Positions 1-25,853 of a stretch of DNA of 64,000 bases are shown one piece after another. Within the stretch, counting starts at the first letter, position 1; the number at the start of each line of letters is the position of its first letter. The DNA is from Zootoca vivipara (taxonomy: Eukaryota): NCBI RefSeq assembly GCF_963506605.1, contig NC_083282.1, positions 38,750,001-38,814,000 of the forward strand, written 5' to 3'. The notes under the pieces are model-generated. The model did not search any database, was not told where the DNA came from, and saw nothing but the letters and a program-made list of their open reading frames with translations. A program made the translations under genes and the position numbers.

Positions 1-215
1 GTGGCATTTTGGTGAGCCTTGTTGCCTCCTGGGCTTTTGCCCAACTAGAGCTCGACATCTTCTTATTCAGATGACTAGAACTGAAGCCTCCATAGTCAAT
101 ACTGTAGGTGCCTGGTCCTAATTTTCGGTTCTAAAGGAAGATATGGTTATTTCCTGCATTTGCTTGCATAGCTACAGTTCCTTGGGAAAACGGCATTGCC
201 AGGGCTAGATAAACC

Positions 216-353
216 AGTGTTTCTCAACCAGTGTGCCTCCAGATGTTTTGGGACTACAACTCCCATCATTCCTGACCACTGGTCTTGCTAGCTAGGGATG
301 ATGGGAGTTGTAGTCCCAAAACATCTGGAGGCACACTGGTTGAGAAACACTGA
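216..353. mobile_element. Non-autonomous hAT MITE
   Basis: TIR CAGTGTTTCTCAACC/GGTTGAGAAACACTG, 8-bp TSD agataaac, internal GGGACTACAACTCCC palindrome. Confidence 0.85.
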
Positions 354-645
354 GATAAACTATTAGGTAAAAAGTCTGTACATTCTGAAGCACCCTGGTT
401 CAATGGGTATCCTTCAGCATTCGTTATCCCATTTCAGCAGGATATTTTAATATGCTAATGAAGGCCTCTACTGATATCTGTTAAACTACAGATATTGCTC
501 TTGGATCTCCACCCACCTACCCACATCACTGATTAATAGACCTCTGACATCCACAAATGAAACCATAATACTCCCTCTCCAGCGTAGCATAATTCATATT
601 CTAGAACAGAATGGCATGAGGTTAGTTGCACCAGCGGGAAAGACA

Positions 646-778
646 CAGAATCATAGAATTGTAAAGTTGGAAGGGACCACAAGGGTCATCTAGTCCAACC
701 CCCTGCAATACAGGAATCTCTGACTTGAACCCACGACCCTGAGATTAAGAGTCTCATGCTATACCGACTGAGCTATCA
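646..778 (-). mobile_element. tRNA-Lys(CTT)-derived SINE with CR1-type 3' tail
   Basis: Minus strand reads gatagctcagtcggtatagcatgagactcttaatctcagggtcgtgggttc, then ggttggactagatgaccct...attctatgattctg. Confidence 0.7.
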
Positions 779-2478
779 TTGTAGAGCAGAAGCAAGTAAT
801 TAAATGAGTGAGGGGGGAAAGAAACAGAGGGTATCATTAAGTTGAGGTGCAGTATTTCAATATGAGTAGGAAAATGAGAGTGCCCCTAAACATTTTTTTA
901 GGGGGGGGGGAAGCACTGACTATAAAAGATATTAAAACAAACCCTCAGGAGGCAAAATAAGGAAAGAAAAAAAGGAGGATCAAGCACATTTAGTAGCCAC
1001 AGAATGTTGAGTATCAGTTGGGAAAGAAAAGAAAACTGAAGTGGGGATGGAGGTGGAATGGCATATCCTGGAGGAAGGCACAGCTGGATGGAACCATGAA
1101 GAAGAGCATTCCTATTAGACTTGGAGTCACAGTCCATTTCATTAGAGAAAAACCAAGTATGTCTTGATTGCGCTCTAGTATGATCAAGGAGTGGAAGCCC
1201 TCTAGGCAATGTACCTCTAAATTAGCTTGTATGATACTCCACACGGGTGGCATGCAAGCAACTGCTTCTATGGGCAGACTACTCAGATGAAATAGTTTGA
1301 CATCACAACGGCAAACTCCCAAGAGATTATCCCTCTGTAAATAGTCAGTTTGCAGCTATAGTGGGAGACAAAGTTCTGGATGGTCTAAATTAGATGCGGG
1401 GCAGGGGTGGGGTGGGGTAGAGGAAATACTGTACATAAAAAAATATTTTTTGTTCAACCACACATACAGTAAAACTTAAGACTACATTTGCTTTGTGCAT
1501 GTGAGGCACCCTGAGGTATAGACTCACCAAGTCTGAGCAGACAGTTTTGGAGTATGGGGCCTGCAGGTAAGTACTTGGTCTCTTGAAATTTGGATAAATC
1601 GCTGACACATCAAATCTAGCCAGAAAAATACAAATATGAAGAGCTGAATGATCCTACTGGGGGCATTTGAATCAAAGTCATGTAACACAGTTGCTTTCAA
1701 TTTTTGACACTCCGAGCTATATAACCACAATAATAGCTGCAGGATATATATATAGAGGCAGCCAACCTGTGTTTGGAACGATGCAGAGTGCTGCTTCAAA
1801 ATCCAGATCCTGCATCGCAGTGTCTCCAGCAGTGCTAGTATTCTAGAAAAAGAGTCACCATGAACACCTCCCTTGTTCTCTTAGAATGGCAATGGCACCC
1901 ACCTGAGAGGTGCCGGAACTGAGTTCCGGCAAGTTCCGGCTGAGAAAAAGCCCTCGTCTCCAGTTAATCGGTCTATAAGGTTAGAACCAGTCCAGGTGTT
2001 TTGCTGGCCGACTTGGAGCCTGGAGGACAAGGTGGTGCTTCCCTCCCTCCCCCACCCTTCCATATACAGAAGCTAAGCAGGTGGGCACTTGACTCTTACT
2101 TCAATGCTGCCTGGTAATGATGAGCAGCATCGCCCATCGTACCTGAGGGCAGCAGGGGGTATATGCCACTTGATCCTTCAACACCTTTGCACCACTCCTT
2201 ACCTACCAGCACCTGCTGCCTGAGGAAGGGCCAGCCCTGTATGAGGCTGTTTCAGAGCTCAATCTGACTTGCAGAATTATGGCACAGGGTAATACATTAA
2301 AATCCTTCCCCCTAAATGCCCCCCTGCCCCCTGAAATTGGTTCAAGGGGATGTTGGGAGGATCCTCAGAACAGCACGTGAAAGGGGGGTGTTTGTTCCAT
2401 CTGGCAAGCTGGTGTGCTTGCAGAGATGAAGCATTTGTAATAGAAGTAACATTTGAATTGAATTTGAAGTGTCTAACA

Positions 2479-2614
2479 CAGGCTTCCACAACCTCGGCCC
2501 TCCAGATGTTTTGAGATTACAATTCCCATCATCCCTGACCACTGGTCCTGCTAGCTAAGGATCATGGGAGTTGTAGGCCAAAAACATCCGGAGGGCAGAG
2601 TTTGAGGAAGCCTG
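2479..2614. mobile_element. hAT MITE (~136 bp CAGGC...GCCTG family)
   Basis: TIRs and 8-bp TSD gtctaaca. Confidence 0.85.
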
Positions 2615-3924
2615 GTCTAACAGCTAAGGCAGATGGGAAGCCCTTAAAGGTGTGAATTGGCGGCGCCCAACTTGTGACCCTGCAGATGTTGTTGGACTCC
2701 TTTTTAAAATGTTTGATGTTTTATTATGCTTTTATATGTGTTGGAAGCCATCCAAAGTTTCTGGGGTAACCCAGTCAGATGGGTGGGGTATAAATAATAA
2801 AATTATTATTAGTATAATTATTATTATTTTATTGGCACCAGCCAGTGTGGCCAATGTTCTAGAATGATGGAGTCAAACATCTGCAAAGCCACAGGTTACA
2901 CACTCCTGCTATGGAAGGAAACTCTACAACCCTGTTATGTCTTATTATATTTGTGCATGCAAGTGTGATTTACATGCATGGTTGAAGTTGTCTTCTATTA
3001 AGGAGCCAACAGATCTGTGATCTAGGCTGATGGGATGTGCAGAATGCAGTTCTGAGCAGGTTCAGGGGTATGTTTGTTTGCTTGTGTAGGATTGTGACTT
3101 AGCGTATGTCTACATGAACTTTGATTCAAGAAAAATACAGATCTACAAGAAAGAAACTGTATATGATCCATACTTGTGTGAATATTTGTATGTGGCAACT
3201 CACACGCTTCTTGCAAACTTCAAATCCATGGTGAATTATTTGTAAGCATTGTAACAGGAACACAAGTGGCATATGAACTGTAGCTTGGTTTTTAAAACAC
3301 AAAATGCCCGCGTTACTCCAAGAAAAGAGCTGCCAGAAAAGAGCACTCTCTGCTCAGAATCCCAGAAATCTGGAAGGATGGCTGTGGGTTCTCAAGTGGG
3401 AAAGCCACTCACCACATGCTCAGAGACTCTTACATTTTCCGCCTTTCAGGACTGATCGTTGACAAGCCCCAGCACAAGATATGCCCTGTCTTCGAGAAGG
3501 TGTCGTTTTATTTTATTTTTTTTAAAAAGAAACCAACCCAATTCCTGTGGGAGCAGCCCTTACCTTGCTGTTTGACTCCCAAAGGGGGCACCTGTGAATC
3601 CCTTAGGCTCCTCCATCCTCTGATGCTTGGAGCAGAAGGAGGAGGAGCACCACCTTTCTTCTTGGAAGACGGCTTCTGACAAGAGCTCTGGAACTTCACT
3701 GCCATGACAACACCAGACGCTTGGCTTTCTGTTTCCAAGTGGCTGGGAGGAGCAGGTCTTCAGACAGCCTGATATGCTGATGAGGATTTCTCAGTGCTGC
3801 AGACACCTGTGGTGGTTCAGTGCCAGAAATCCCATGTGGTACACAAGGACGTTGTTGTGTACCACAATGTCCTTGTCCAGCTGATAAGAGTCTTCCACAG
3901 TTTATCTCGCTAAAGTAAAAATAT

Positions 3925-4994
3925 TGTTGTAAGCCAAAAAATGGCTTATCTTCTGAGTTAGCCAATTAAAACTCAGAGACAAGAGGAGTTAGGAGTCCGT
4001 TTTGTTTATTGCAAAGCAATAAGGTTACAGTCGAATCTTTTCGCAAAACTGCAACCCCGCCCAAAGGTCGGACAGGAATTTATAACATTTCAGACAAAGG
4101 ATTTTGATTTAACCAATCACATAAAGCATTACATCATTTAATATTTTATTTTTAAAATATATTTTTATTGATTTTATGGCAAATACAGAAAAAAGAAAAC
4201 AAAATATAAAAAGACAAAAATCAGAAAGAAACAAGAAAAAAACAAAAAACATTTCTTTAACAATATCTAGTATAATTCTTAATCTGTCGACTTCCTCCTT
4301 CCCCCCCTTCCACGCTTCTATTTATAACTAATACAGCACTCTCTATCTCTTAAACCATTTCTTCTTCTAACATACTTATTATGAAAAATTTTCTTGATCC
4401 ATCTTAACCACACATTCCCAATATTTCAAAATGTCCTTTGAATCTAGAAATCTTGATTATCATTTTACATTTATACTTATTCCCTTCTTATTATATCTAA
4501 ATGCTTCTTCAGCCTCTTTGTACTTTCATTTCCCTTATTATCTATTTTTAATCTTACAATTCTTTTCCAGATAAATCTTAAATTTCTTCCAATCTTCTTC
4601 CACCATCTCATTTCCCTGCTCATTTAATATTTTAATATTCATCATTATCTCATTTCATATTTAATACGTATGTCATTACCTAATCTAATACGCATGCGCA
4701 ATAAGCGTTGCTAACTAAACTTTGATTCTTAAAGTGACCTGTTACATATTGTTAGTTTGCATGTATGGGAACCTGTGTTACGTGTGGATGTAACAATTTA
4801 TGTTCTAGTTTATGAATTGCTTCTTTGTGATTTACGTATTAGCTGACCTTCTATCCCAGTAGGGATGGCTTCTTGCTGAATCATCAGTTTCTGTAAAGCA
4901 ACAGGTTACCATAATTCACTAATATAAGCATATTCCAGGATTTATAGGGAATTACATTATTACTTTAATTGGGGCCCTTTGGGCCCCTGCTACA
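3925..4994. mobile_element. Probable solo LTR (TG...CA, 4-bp TSD atat) with a nested L1 3' fragment (~4145-4620, minus strand)
   Basis: atat|TGTTG...CTACA|atat; the inner T-rich L1-like tail is flanked by the direct repeat tcatttaatattt. Confidence 0.55.
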
Positions 4995-5012
4995 ATATGG
5001 GGAAGGTTTAGG

Positions 5013-5149
5013 GCAGGCACCCCCAAACTGCGGTCCTCCAGATGTTTTGGCCTACAACTCCCATGATCCTTAGCTAACAGGACCAGTGGTCGGGGAAGAT
5101 GGGAATTGTAGTCCAAAACATCTGGAGGGCCGAAGTTTGGGGATGCCTG
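5013..5149. mobile_element. hAT MITE
   Basis: TIR CAGGCA.CCCCAAAC/GTTTGGGGATGCCTG; TSD gtttaggg. Confidence 0.85.
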
Positions 5150-5803
5150 GTTTAGGGAGTGGGAGAGGTGGTGTACAACAGTTGCTCTTTCGGGACTGTC
5201 ACCACTTGTTTTGATTGCGACATGTGGAAGGATCAGCCCCTCCATCCAACCTTCAGGAGCCAATGCCTTTCAGCTAAAGGGAGAGGCAGCAAAACAGCTG
5301 TAACCTGCAGCCAGTTTTGCAGCAAATAAAGAATCACTTCTTTATATGTTTATGATACACCAAGATTTCTATATTTATAATATATCAGGCTGCCTGAAGA
5401 CCTTTCTGCATGGCCTCCAGGCTAACTGAAAGGTGATAATGGTACAAAAATAATACAACAACAAGGTTCTTTTACAAGGCAGTGGTGACTTATGAACATA
5501 GCTGCCAAGTTATCCCCTTTTTAAAGGGATTTTCCCTTATGCTGAATAGGCTTCCTCGCGAGAAAAGGGAAAACTTGGCAGCTATGCTTATGAACTTCAG
5601 GGTGGGGAGGTAATAGTGGCAGTTGTCCCTCTCCAGGCCTCAGCTGATGTGGCAGTTTCAACTGCCGCTTTTCAGAGGTTCCATGGGGACCACAGAGGAG
5701 ACTAGCACCCCCATCCATGAGAGCTCCCCAGCAACCATGACCAGGTAGTACCAGGTGTTTTAATCACTGGGAGAAAGTAATCTCCTCACACATGCAATTA
5801 GAC

Positions 5804-5939
5804 CAGGCATAGGCAAACAAGGCCCTCCAGATGTTTTGGGACTACAACTCCCATCATCCCTAGCTAACAGGACCAGTGGTCAGGGATGATGGGAGTTGTA
5901 GTCCCAAAACATCTGGAGGGCCGAATTTGCCTATGCCTG
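5804..5939. mobile_element. hAT MITE
   Basis: TIR CAGGCATAGGCAAA/TTTGCCTATGCCTG; TSD aattagac. Confidence 0.85.
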
Positions 5940-7220
5940 AATTAGACACTCTGCTGTTGGGAGCAGTGAAGGATGATAACCATGTCCCAGCCTGGTGGTG
6001 ATGGTAGTGTGGCTGAAAGTTCAGATCAGTGGTTTGGAACCTGCAGCCCATGGAACTATTCAGGCCTGCCAGGCCTCAGAAATTGGACTGCCAAGCCATA
6101 CCTACCATGCTGTCATATATGACATCAAGCAGGGGAAGTTCAAGCCATGAGGTCCTCATTTCTTCCTTGGTAGGGAAAACTGGCACTTTTAAAAGATGCC
6201 AAATAATGACAAGAGCCAAGTCTTGGCTGCAAAGGAAAAACCAGGAGTGCATTTCTGATTCATTCTTTGCAGCTGCACCTTGAATTCAAGCCAGGGAGGC
6301 AAAGGTAGTCTTCTTAAGGAGCTGCAGCTGCAAAGGGAGCTTTCCCCTTCACACCTGAAGGTACAATCACCTGATAGACAGATTGTGTTCCCCATCCCTG
6401 TTTTAGATGGCAGTAGGTAAACTGGGGTGCAATCTGAGGCTGTATCAGCTGCACTCTGATGCAAGGTTAGCAGCTGCACTACCTGCTGAAGGAATGTTTT
6501 TGTCTTCATGATACAAGTAATAAAATTCTTATGAAGACACCATCAATCTCCAGAGTTGCCTCATTCAAAGGAAACCCAAGACTACCTCTGGAACTTCCCA
6601 CCACTAGGGGAAAAGGAACAAGGAATGGTAACTTGTCCTTTTATATTGCTGTGAGTTTGTGGGTGCCAGGCTCCTATAATCTCTGGATCCAGCAAGCGTC
6701 GGCATTTAATCAAGGCTGATAGTGTTAAACCCCTGTGCCCAGCAAGTGTTAAAATATAAGCCAGGGTAGCTTCCTGTGTTTAGGTGATGGGCCGTTAAGA
6801 GAACCAAGAAAAGGGGTTTTGTGCCAGGTGACAAATGGGTGGGCCCCCTCCTTTCCTACTTAGATACTAGTAAGAAAGACAAAAACCAGAGATTAGACTT
6901 GAAAGTGTGTATAATGTGACCTAGAAGTTAAGTTGCAGGCTGGAAAGCCAGAGAGACTGAGCACAATGCTTGACTCCAAGGCTGCAGCTTTGGGAGAAGC
7001 AAGGCCCTTTTGAGACGCTAATGCTGTGAACCCCTCCATTGTAGGCTTGGGTTGTGTAAGGTAGGGAAAAGAAAAGCAGTGCATTTTTTCTTAAAAAAAT
7101 GTTATGGGGTACTCTCATTTTCCTCCTCCTATTGAAATACTGCTCCTCAGTGAGGCCAAACTTAGATTCACAAAATGTTTAGGGGTATGCGTACCCCCAG
7201 AAAAAAAGCACTGGTGAAAA

Positions 7221-7558
7221 GTAAAGGTAAAGGACCCCTGGATGGTTAAGTCCAGTCAAAGGTGACTATGGAGTGCGGCACTCATCTCGCTTCCAGGCCA
7301 AGGGAGCTCGCGGTCGTCCATAGACAGCTTTCTGGGTCATGTGGCCAGCATGACTAAGCCGCTTCTGGCCATGACGGAAGCCAGAGCACATGGAAATGCT
7401 GCTTACCTTCCTGGCGCAGTGGTACCTATTTATCTTCTTGCACTGGCATGATTTCAAATGGCTAGGTTGGCAGAAGCTGAGACAAAGCAACGGGAGCTCA
7501 CCCCGTCATGCAGATTTGAACTGCGGGCCTTCCGATGGGCAAGTCCAAGAGGCTCAGT
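7221..7558 (-). mobile_element. Sauria SINE (diverged)
   Basis: Reverse (ACCTTT)n tail; body homologous to the other Sauria copies. Confidence 0.75.
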
Positions 7559-8298
7559 ATTTTCGAATCTCCACTGTGTCTCATTTCCAAAAGGAAACTG
7601 TTCAGCGGAGGCGGCCCAAGGCCCGCGCCCCCCGCGTGCCTCCGGATAGCGGCCTGAAGCCGCTCAACAGCTGAGAGGCGCAGTGGAGGTGACCCCAGGC
7701 AGCACCGGGGGGCGGCGGGCGGCGGGCAGGCTGGCCAGCGCCCCCTCCATTTTGGCACCCTAGGCAGCTGCCTAGTTCACCTTGATGGATGCACCGGCCC
7801 TGAATGTGGTTTGTACTAGGTTGCATCCCACTCCACTCCAAACTGGACATTCTAAACCTTTTCTCGTAATGGGTAGGCATTATGGGTAGCTGGGATGAAG
7901 CACAATTTGCTCTCCCTGCTGCTAGCCTTTTGAAAGGCATGGTAATAATGTATAGCCTTCTAGGACCTGGAGCTTTTTCCTTTGTTGACAAATGAAGGGC
8001 TGCTTGAGTAGTTCTTGTCTCTGCTTTCTGTGATTCACTGACCAAATGAGAACCCTGAACCAGCAGGTTGGCTGTGGAATGACAAGCGTTTTATTTTGCT
8101 CCTCCCTTTGCAGACTTCATGTGAATCAGCTAAACCAGAAATACAGGTAGAGAAAGAGGTGGAGGATTTCTAAAGGCAAACACCCTGACAGAACAGTAAA
8201 AAAACAAACAAAAACACCACGTCTTGAATGGAAAAATAACAGGGGAAAGTAGCTGTTTGAGAGAGCCTGGAGTGGTTGATACTCTTTCCAACGTGAAA

Positions 8299-20842
<12,544 letters not shown>

Positions 20843-22171
20843 ATGGGTGGTTTGCTTTTCAGCCACATGGCATAGCAAAAGGTTTAGCTCTCCCCATAGT
20901 TTGTGGAAAGAATTATGATAAAAACTATATAATAAAATGTGATGCTTTCTAGAGCACCCACCAAGTATTAGTCTCCATATACATGGAGGAGTCGAGGTAT
21001 GTGTGCTCATATTAAAAAATGAGTGTGCTTATTTTTCCCCAAAGCAAAACATTAAACAAGCACAAAACGTTTACACTATGTATGTATGTATGCATAGCAC
21101 ACAGAAGCAGGTCAACGGGAGATAAAATACACCTTACCTGCTTCTCAGTAATAAATGAAGGCTAAAACTCTGATAACATTTTACATGTATCATTTCTCAA
21201 CCATCAAAACTTAATGTGACCAGATATTGATGCTTATGTCCTTGCTTTGGATATAGACATTCATTTAACTTAATTGTAGCAACCTAGGGATGTGCTCTTC
21301 CCTTTGGAAGAAAACCACCACCATCACCCCGTATGTTTCACTTAATGAAAAAGAGATATAATAGCAGAAGTTTATTTAGATTTTTTTAAAAAACAAGTTA
21401 AGAATATGTGTGCACCTGTTTGGTTTTGTCTGTTGAAAATATAGAATGAAAATCTCCAAATTCACAATTTTTTTGTGGTTAGGTATGTTTTACATTTTCT
21501 GCACCTTCCTTTGAATCAATGGTTATCTTCACTTATCATGTGGGCTTCTTGCTAGGCCACATATTGAACTCATAGAATGGATTAATTCTGAATGGATTGT
21601 GGGGGTCACATTTCCAGAGCAAATCATTAAAATCACCAGATAAGTTTACAGTACAGTCATATTCAGAATGACATATTCAGTAACTTATTTACTGATCTTA
21701 TCAAGTATGCAACCCGTGGGTACCAACTCCCTGAGGCCCCGCGTGGCTGAGCACCTACAAAATACCCCATGAAGAGGACGGGCACCCAAACATTTCAGTG
21801 CCCAGGCCATAGTGCTGCTATTCTGAGATGTACTCACTGCATTTAAATAATGAATTTCTTGCGGGACTCTCCGAATAGCCAACACCTGTTGATTCATGCT
21901 TGGACATTAGGTCATGTGATAGTTTAAGCTATTCCTGGCCAACAAGACATGTTGTTGAAATCAGTTAGCCTGGCAAGGAAAAGATAGTATCTCAATTGTC
22001 AATACGCCCTTCATTCTGATCTTACAGGGATGTTTCAAGTGGCATTATAATTCATGTGGCATTATAATAAAAGAAAAACAGCACATGCTACACAGCAAAT
22101 ATCAACCAAGAGAGAACTGGGTGATGTTGAGAAGGATGAAACCCTCAGGGATGATGACAGTGCACCTGTGC

Positions 22172-22351
22172 TCAGCACCCTCCATTCTGACTCTGCTCTG
22201 AATGCACAGATCCATTCTTCAGGAGTTCTTTAGCGACAGGGCTGCTGGGATATAGCCGGGTAAAGCGGGCAAGTGCAAAGATAGGGAAGATGATTCGGTA
22301 GGCATTGTAATGCAGAGTACCAGATTTGTAGAATGCTCCAGCGATGTCACC
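22172..22351 (-). CDS. LSS: LSS-like exon 22 ([30 protein letters not shown]...QNGGC*)
   Basis: cctcag|GGT; TGA at 22174-22172; candidate minus-strand AATAAA at 21376-21371. Confidence 0.92.
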   Translation of the reverse strand, partial: GDIAGAFYKSGTLHYNAYRIIFPIFALARFTRLYPSSPVAKELLKNGSVHSEQSQNGGC

Positions 22352-25300
22352 CTGAGGAGAGGCAAGAGAAATTCCTGAACAACCTACATGCAGTCTTCTG
22401 CCCTGATTTCACGGTGATTAAATTCCATTTGAGAACCCAGTTGTATGATCACTGTAACCTCTTTTAAGAGCAACTGTCACATACAGTACCACCGAGCTTT
22501 TGTTTGGCAAACAAGACTCTGGAAGCAGGAAGCAGAGACCAGAGCCAATTAAAATGCAGGAAAAGCAACTAAAGACATTGTGGCATCTCAGGCCGAATAT
22601 CAAAATGGTTCCATGATTAAAAAAATAAAAGAATCAACTGGCCGTCTACAGCTTTTGAAGGGCACCCCTCTGACCTGCCACATGTATGTAACAGTAGGGC
22701 CAGCTGTGTCCTGTGCTCTGATACCACACAAACTCAATCCCAATGGCACATTTCAATGCCACAGCAGTAACAGGTAGCTGCACTTGGGTGCCTAAGGCAA
22801 CAGAATACTTCCCACAGGAACATCAGAGTGTCCGATTGAGGGCGAATATGGGAAGCACTTGTAAGAGCTCACCTGCCAATGCCACACAGGTGTCCATGTG
22901 TGCCCACAATACATTGCAGCCATCTATGAGAAGCATCTTTATGACCGCAATGATGCCAATGAGAGTACACACTGATCTGGGTCATTCTGTAAGTGAGGGG
23001 TGGATAACCTTCGATCCTCCAAATATTGCTGACCCCCCACACTCTGAGGACTTGTTGGGAAATGCTCTGCGTTCATTCATTCATTTTATGTGTATTTGGA
23101 GGACATGATCCTTTCCATAGGTGGCTGAAATATACTGTTTCTGTCAACCTTGAAATTATATTGCTATGAGGATATTTGATTAAGAAATTAAAAGTTGTAA
23201 CACACCTGAGGCCACTCCCCAATCGATGTCTGTCTGTCAATCAAAACTTGTATTCCTCTTTCCAGAACCCGAACATCAGGATATCTGCAAAGCCACACGA
23301 ATACTGGTCATTCCGTTCTGTTATCAGCACCCAGTTGAGGGCTGGTGGCTGGAGCGAGGGGAAAGCCTGTCAGTTTTCTTCTGGGGAGAAGCTTATATGA
23401 CCACAATTTCTTTTTAAAAGAAAGAAAAAAAACCCTCATGGGTTCCCAGGATTCTCTAGGGAAAGTCATGTGCTTTAAAGGTACACAGCTCACTGCTTTT
23501 GGGTGCTGATAGCTCCATTTCCCATGACTAGCCTGCTTTGGCTAACAGGCCCAGAACAAATTTATGCGAGTGATGCAGTGCACTCATAGTGTATGGATAA
23601 TGGATTTTTTGTGGGAAAGTCTTTGGAGGAAATGGACTTGGGGCAGATCAGCCCAACCAAAGATACTTCCAGAAAGAAGCACCTCTTGTGATGGAGGATT
23701 AGGCTGCATACACACCATAGGTTTAGAGCAAATCACTTCCTGCAAAGAATCCTGGGAACTGCAGCTCTGTGAAGGATAAAGTACAGTTCCCAGGATTCTC
23801 TAGGGAAAGTCATGTGCTTTAAAGGTACACAGCTTACTGCTTTTGGGTGCTGGTAGCTCCATTTCCCATGACTAGCCTGCTTTGGCTAACAGCCCCAGAA
23901 GAAATTTATGCGAGTGATGCAGTGCACTCATAGTGTATGGATAATGTTTTTGGTTTTTTTGTGTGAAAAAGTCTTTGGAGGAAATGGACTTGGGGCAGAT
24001 CAGCCCCCTCTCGCCAAAGCCCCATGAACTTAGAAGCATGGTTCTTTAGCACACCTTAATTGGTTTGTCTAACTGCTGCAGAAACCACTTGGCCAAAAGC
24101 AGACAGAAGCCTTTTCTAAGGTAGGTAACTGCCAGCTTCTGTGCTTACCTAACAGCCATTAGCCCCAACAGAGCCCAAGAGGTTTGGTGGATCTGGGATA
24201 CGGTGTGCTGAATATATTTGCGAAACCTGTAGGATTCAAATTCCTCTCCCCAGCCACCGTCTTCCATTTGCTTGGAGACTAAGAATTCACAGGCTTTGGT
24301 CACTTCCTTGCATGCCTCCCTAGAAAACATGAGAGGAGAAAGAAGGGGAAAAACAGCCCATGAGATGCCTCATTGGGTTTTGTTCCACTGTTGGCCTTGA
24401 CTGCACCCCCCCCCCAAAATTGTGCACACTTACCTGCAGGTAAGACCCACTAAGTTCAGTTGGATTTACTTCTGAGAAAGCATGCATAGGGGCTGGAGCT
24501 GTCAATATTATATGCACATGACTCCCCCGAATTTGATATTTTGGGTGGAGGAGCCTTACGATCTTTCCACTTCACCACCCTGAAGCTAAGCTCCATCAAG
24601 GGCTCCCAGCAGAGCAACATTCATACTAATCTTCTATCCGAAAGGCTGCTTACTCACCCACCACGGTAGATGAATCCCATACATGCAAATGCCTCGAGTC
24701 CAAACCAGGTGCCATATGTGAAGCATACGCCCCATCGCCTGTCAGGGAGGGGAAAACCCATCAGCCGCTGAATGAATGATACAGAGACAAATGACAGACT
24801 ACAACCTTTGAGCATGCCCTTCCATTCACTGTTTCATAGAATCAGAGTTGGAAGGGACCATGAGGGTCATCTAGTCCAACCCCCTTGCAATGCGGGAATC
24901 TTTTGAGTCTCATGTTCCTAGTCAAAGTCAGAATCTCTTATAACTTTTTATTTTATTTTTTTCTTGTTGTACATTTAACTAGATCTAATTTATATAACCA
25001 GTTATTTTACTTCAATCAATAACCTTTATTAGGCATCAGTTGTTTTTTCTTCTTCTTGTACATTTAACTAGATCTAATTTATATAACCAGTTATTTTACT
25101 TACTGGTTGTAGATCTAAGGGTGTGAATTTTCATGACGATTCATGAAGGGATCGGTATGGGATCAGTACACAATGTTACTGACAAAAGGATCCCCATCCC
25201 TCCCCCCCATTTTAAAACACCAGCATGTTTTCCCTCTAAGCCTAATGATAATGTGAAGGTTTGTGCAACTACCTTATGCAGACACATCATTAGAACACTG

Positions 25301-25806
25301 CTCATCTGAATGGTCACAAAATCCTGCCTCAGAACAGGCATAGATTTACTGTTGCCGCTGATGCCTAGATATTGGTACTACATTTTAGGCTGCTGGTTTC
25401 AAATCACTCCTCAGACAGGCTAACATCAGTTATTTGTTGTGAAGAAGACCTCTAACTGCCAACTTAGCTGTCACATGCTGAATTTGCCCATTTCATGCAT
25501 CAGGGTTAAGTCTGATCCGGCTCGCATTGTTCATTTAGGATCTCATTACCTCAAAAAAGAGGCTGCATACTCATCTTTTCTTTCCAGTGCATAGAGTTAG
25601 GCTGTAGCGCACCCCTCCACAGTGGGAAGGCAATTCCGTGCATTCATGAGAAACCCCATTCCTTGCTTGTGTTTTACCCTCCATCCCAAAATAGTTTCAT
25701 ATTTGTAGAACATATCAAAAGAGCAAGCTGCCACCAGTGCCAATGCAGATAAACAGGACTGTGCCTGAGTAAAGGGTCACCTCAAGACACAGGTCAACCA
25801 AACTGA

Positions 25807-25853
<47 letters not shown>

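Noticed and set aside
721-778. tRNA-Lys(CTT) gene on the minus strand
   Set aside because: The acceptor stem is missing and the sequence is fused to a CR1-type tail, so it is a SINE head.
898-7200. Short ORFs upstream of TTC22
   Set aside because: No recognisable homology or consistent splice structure; mostly repeats. A non-coding TTC22 first exon may lie here but I could not place it.
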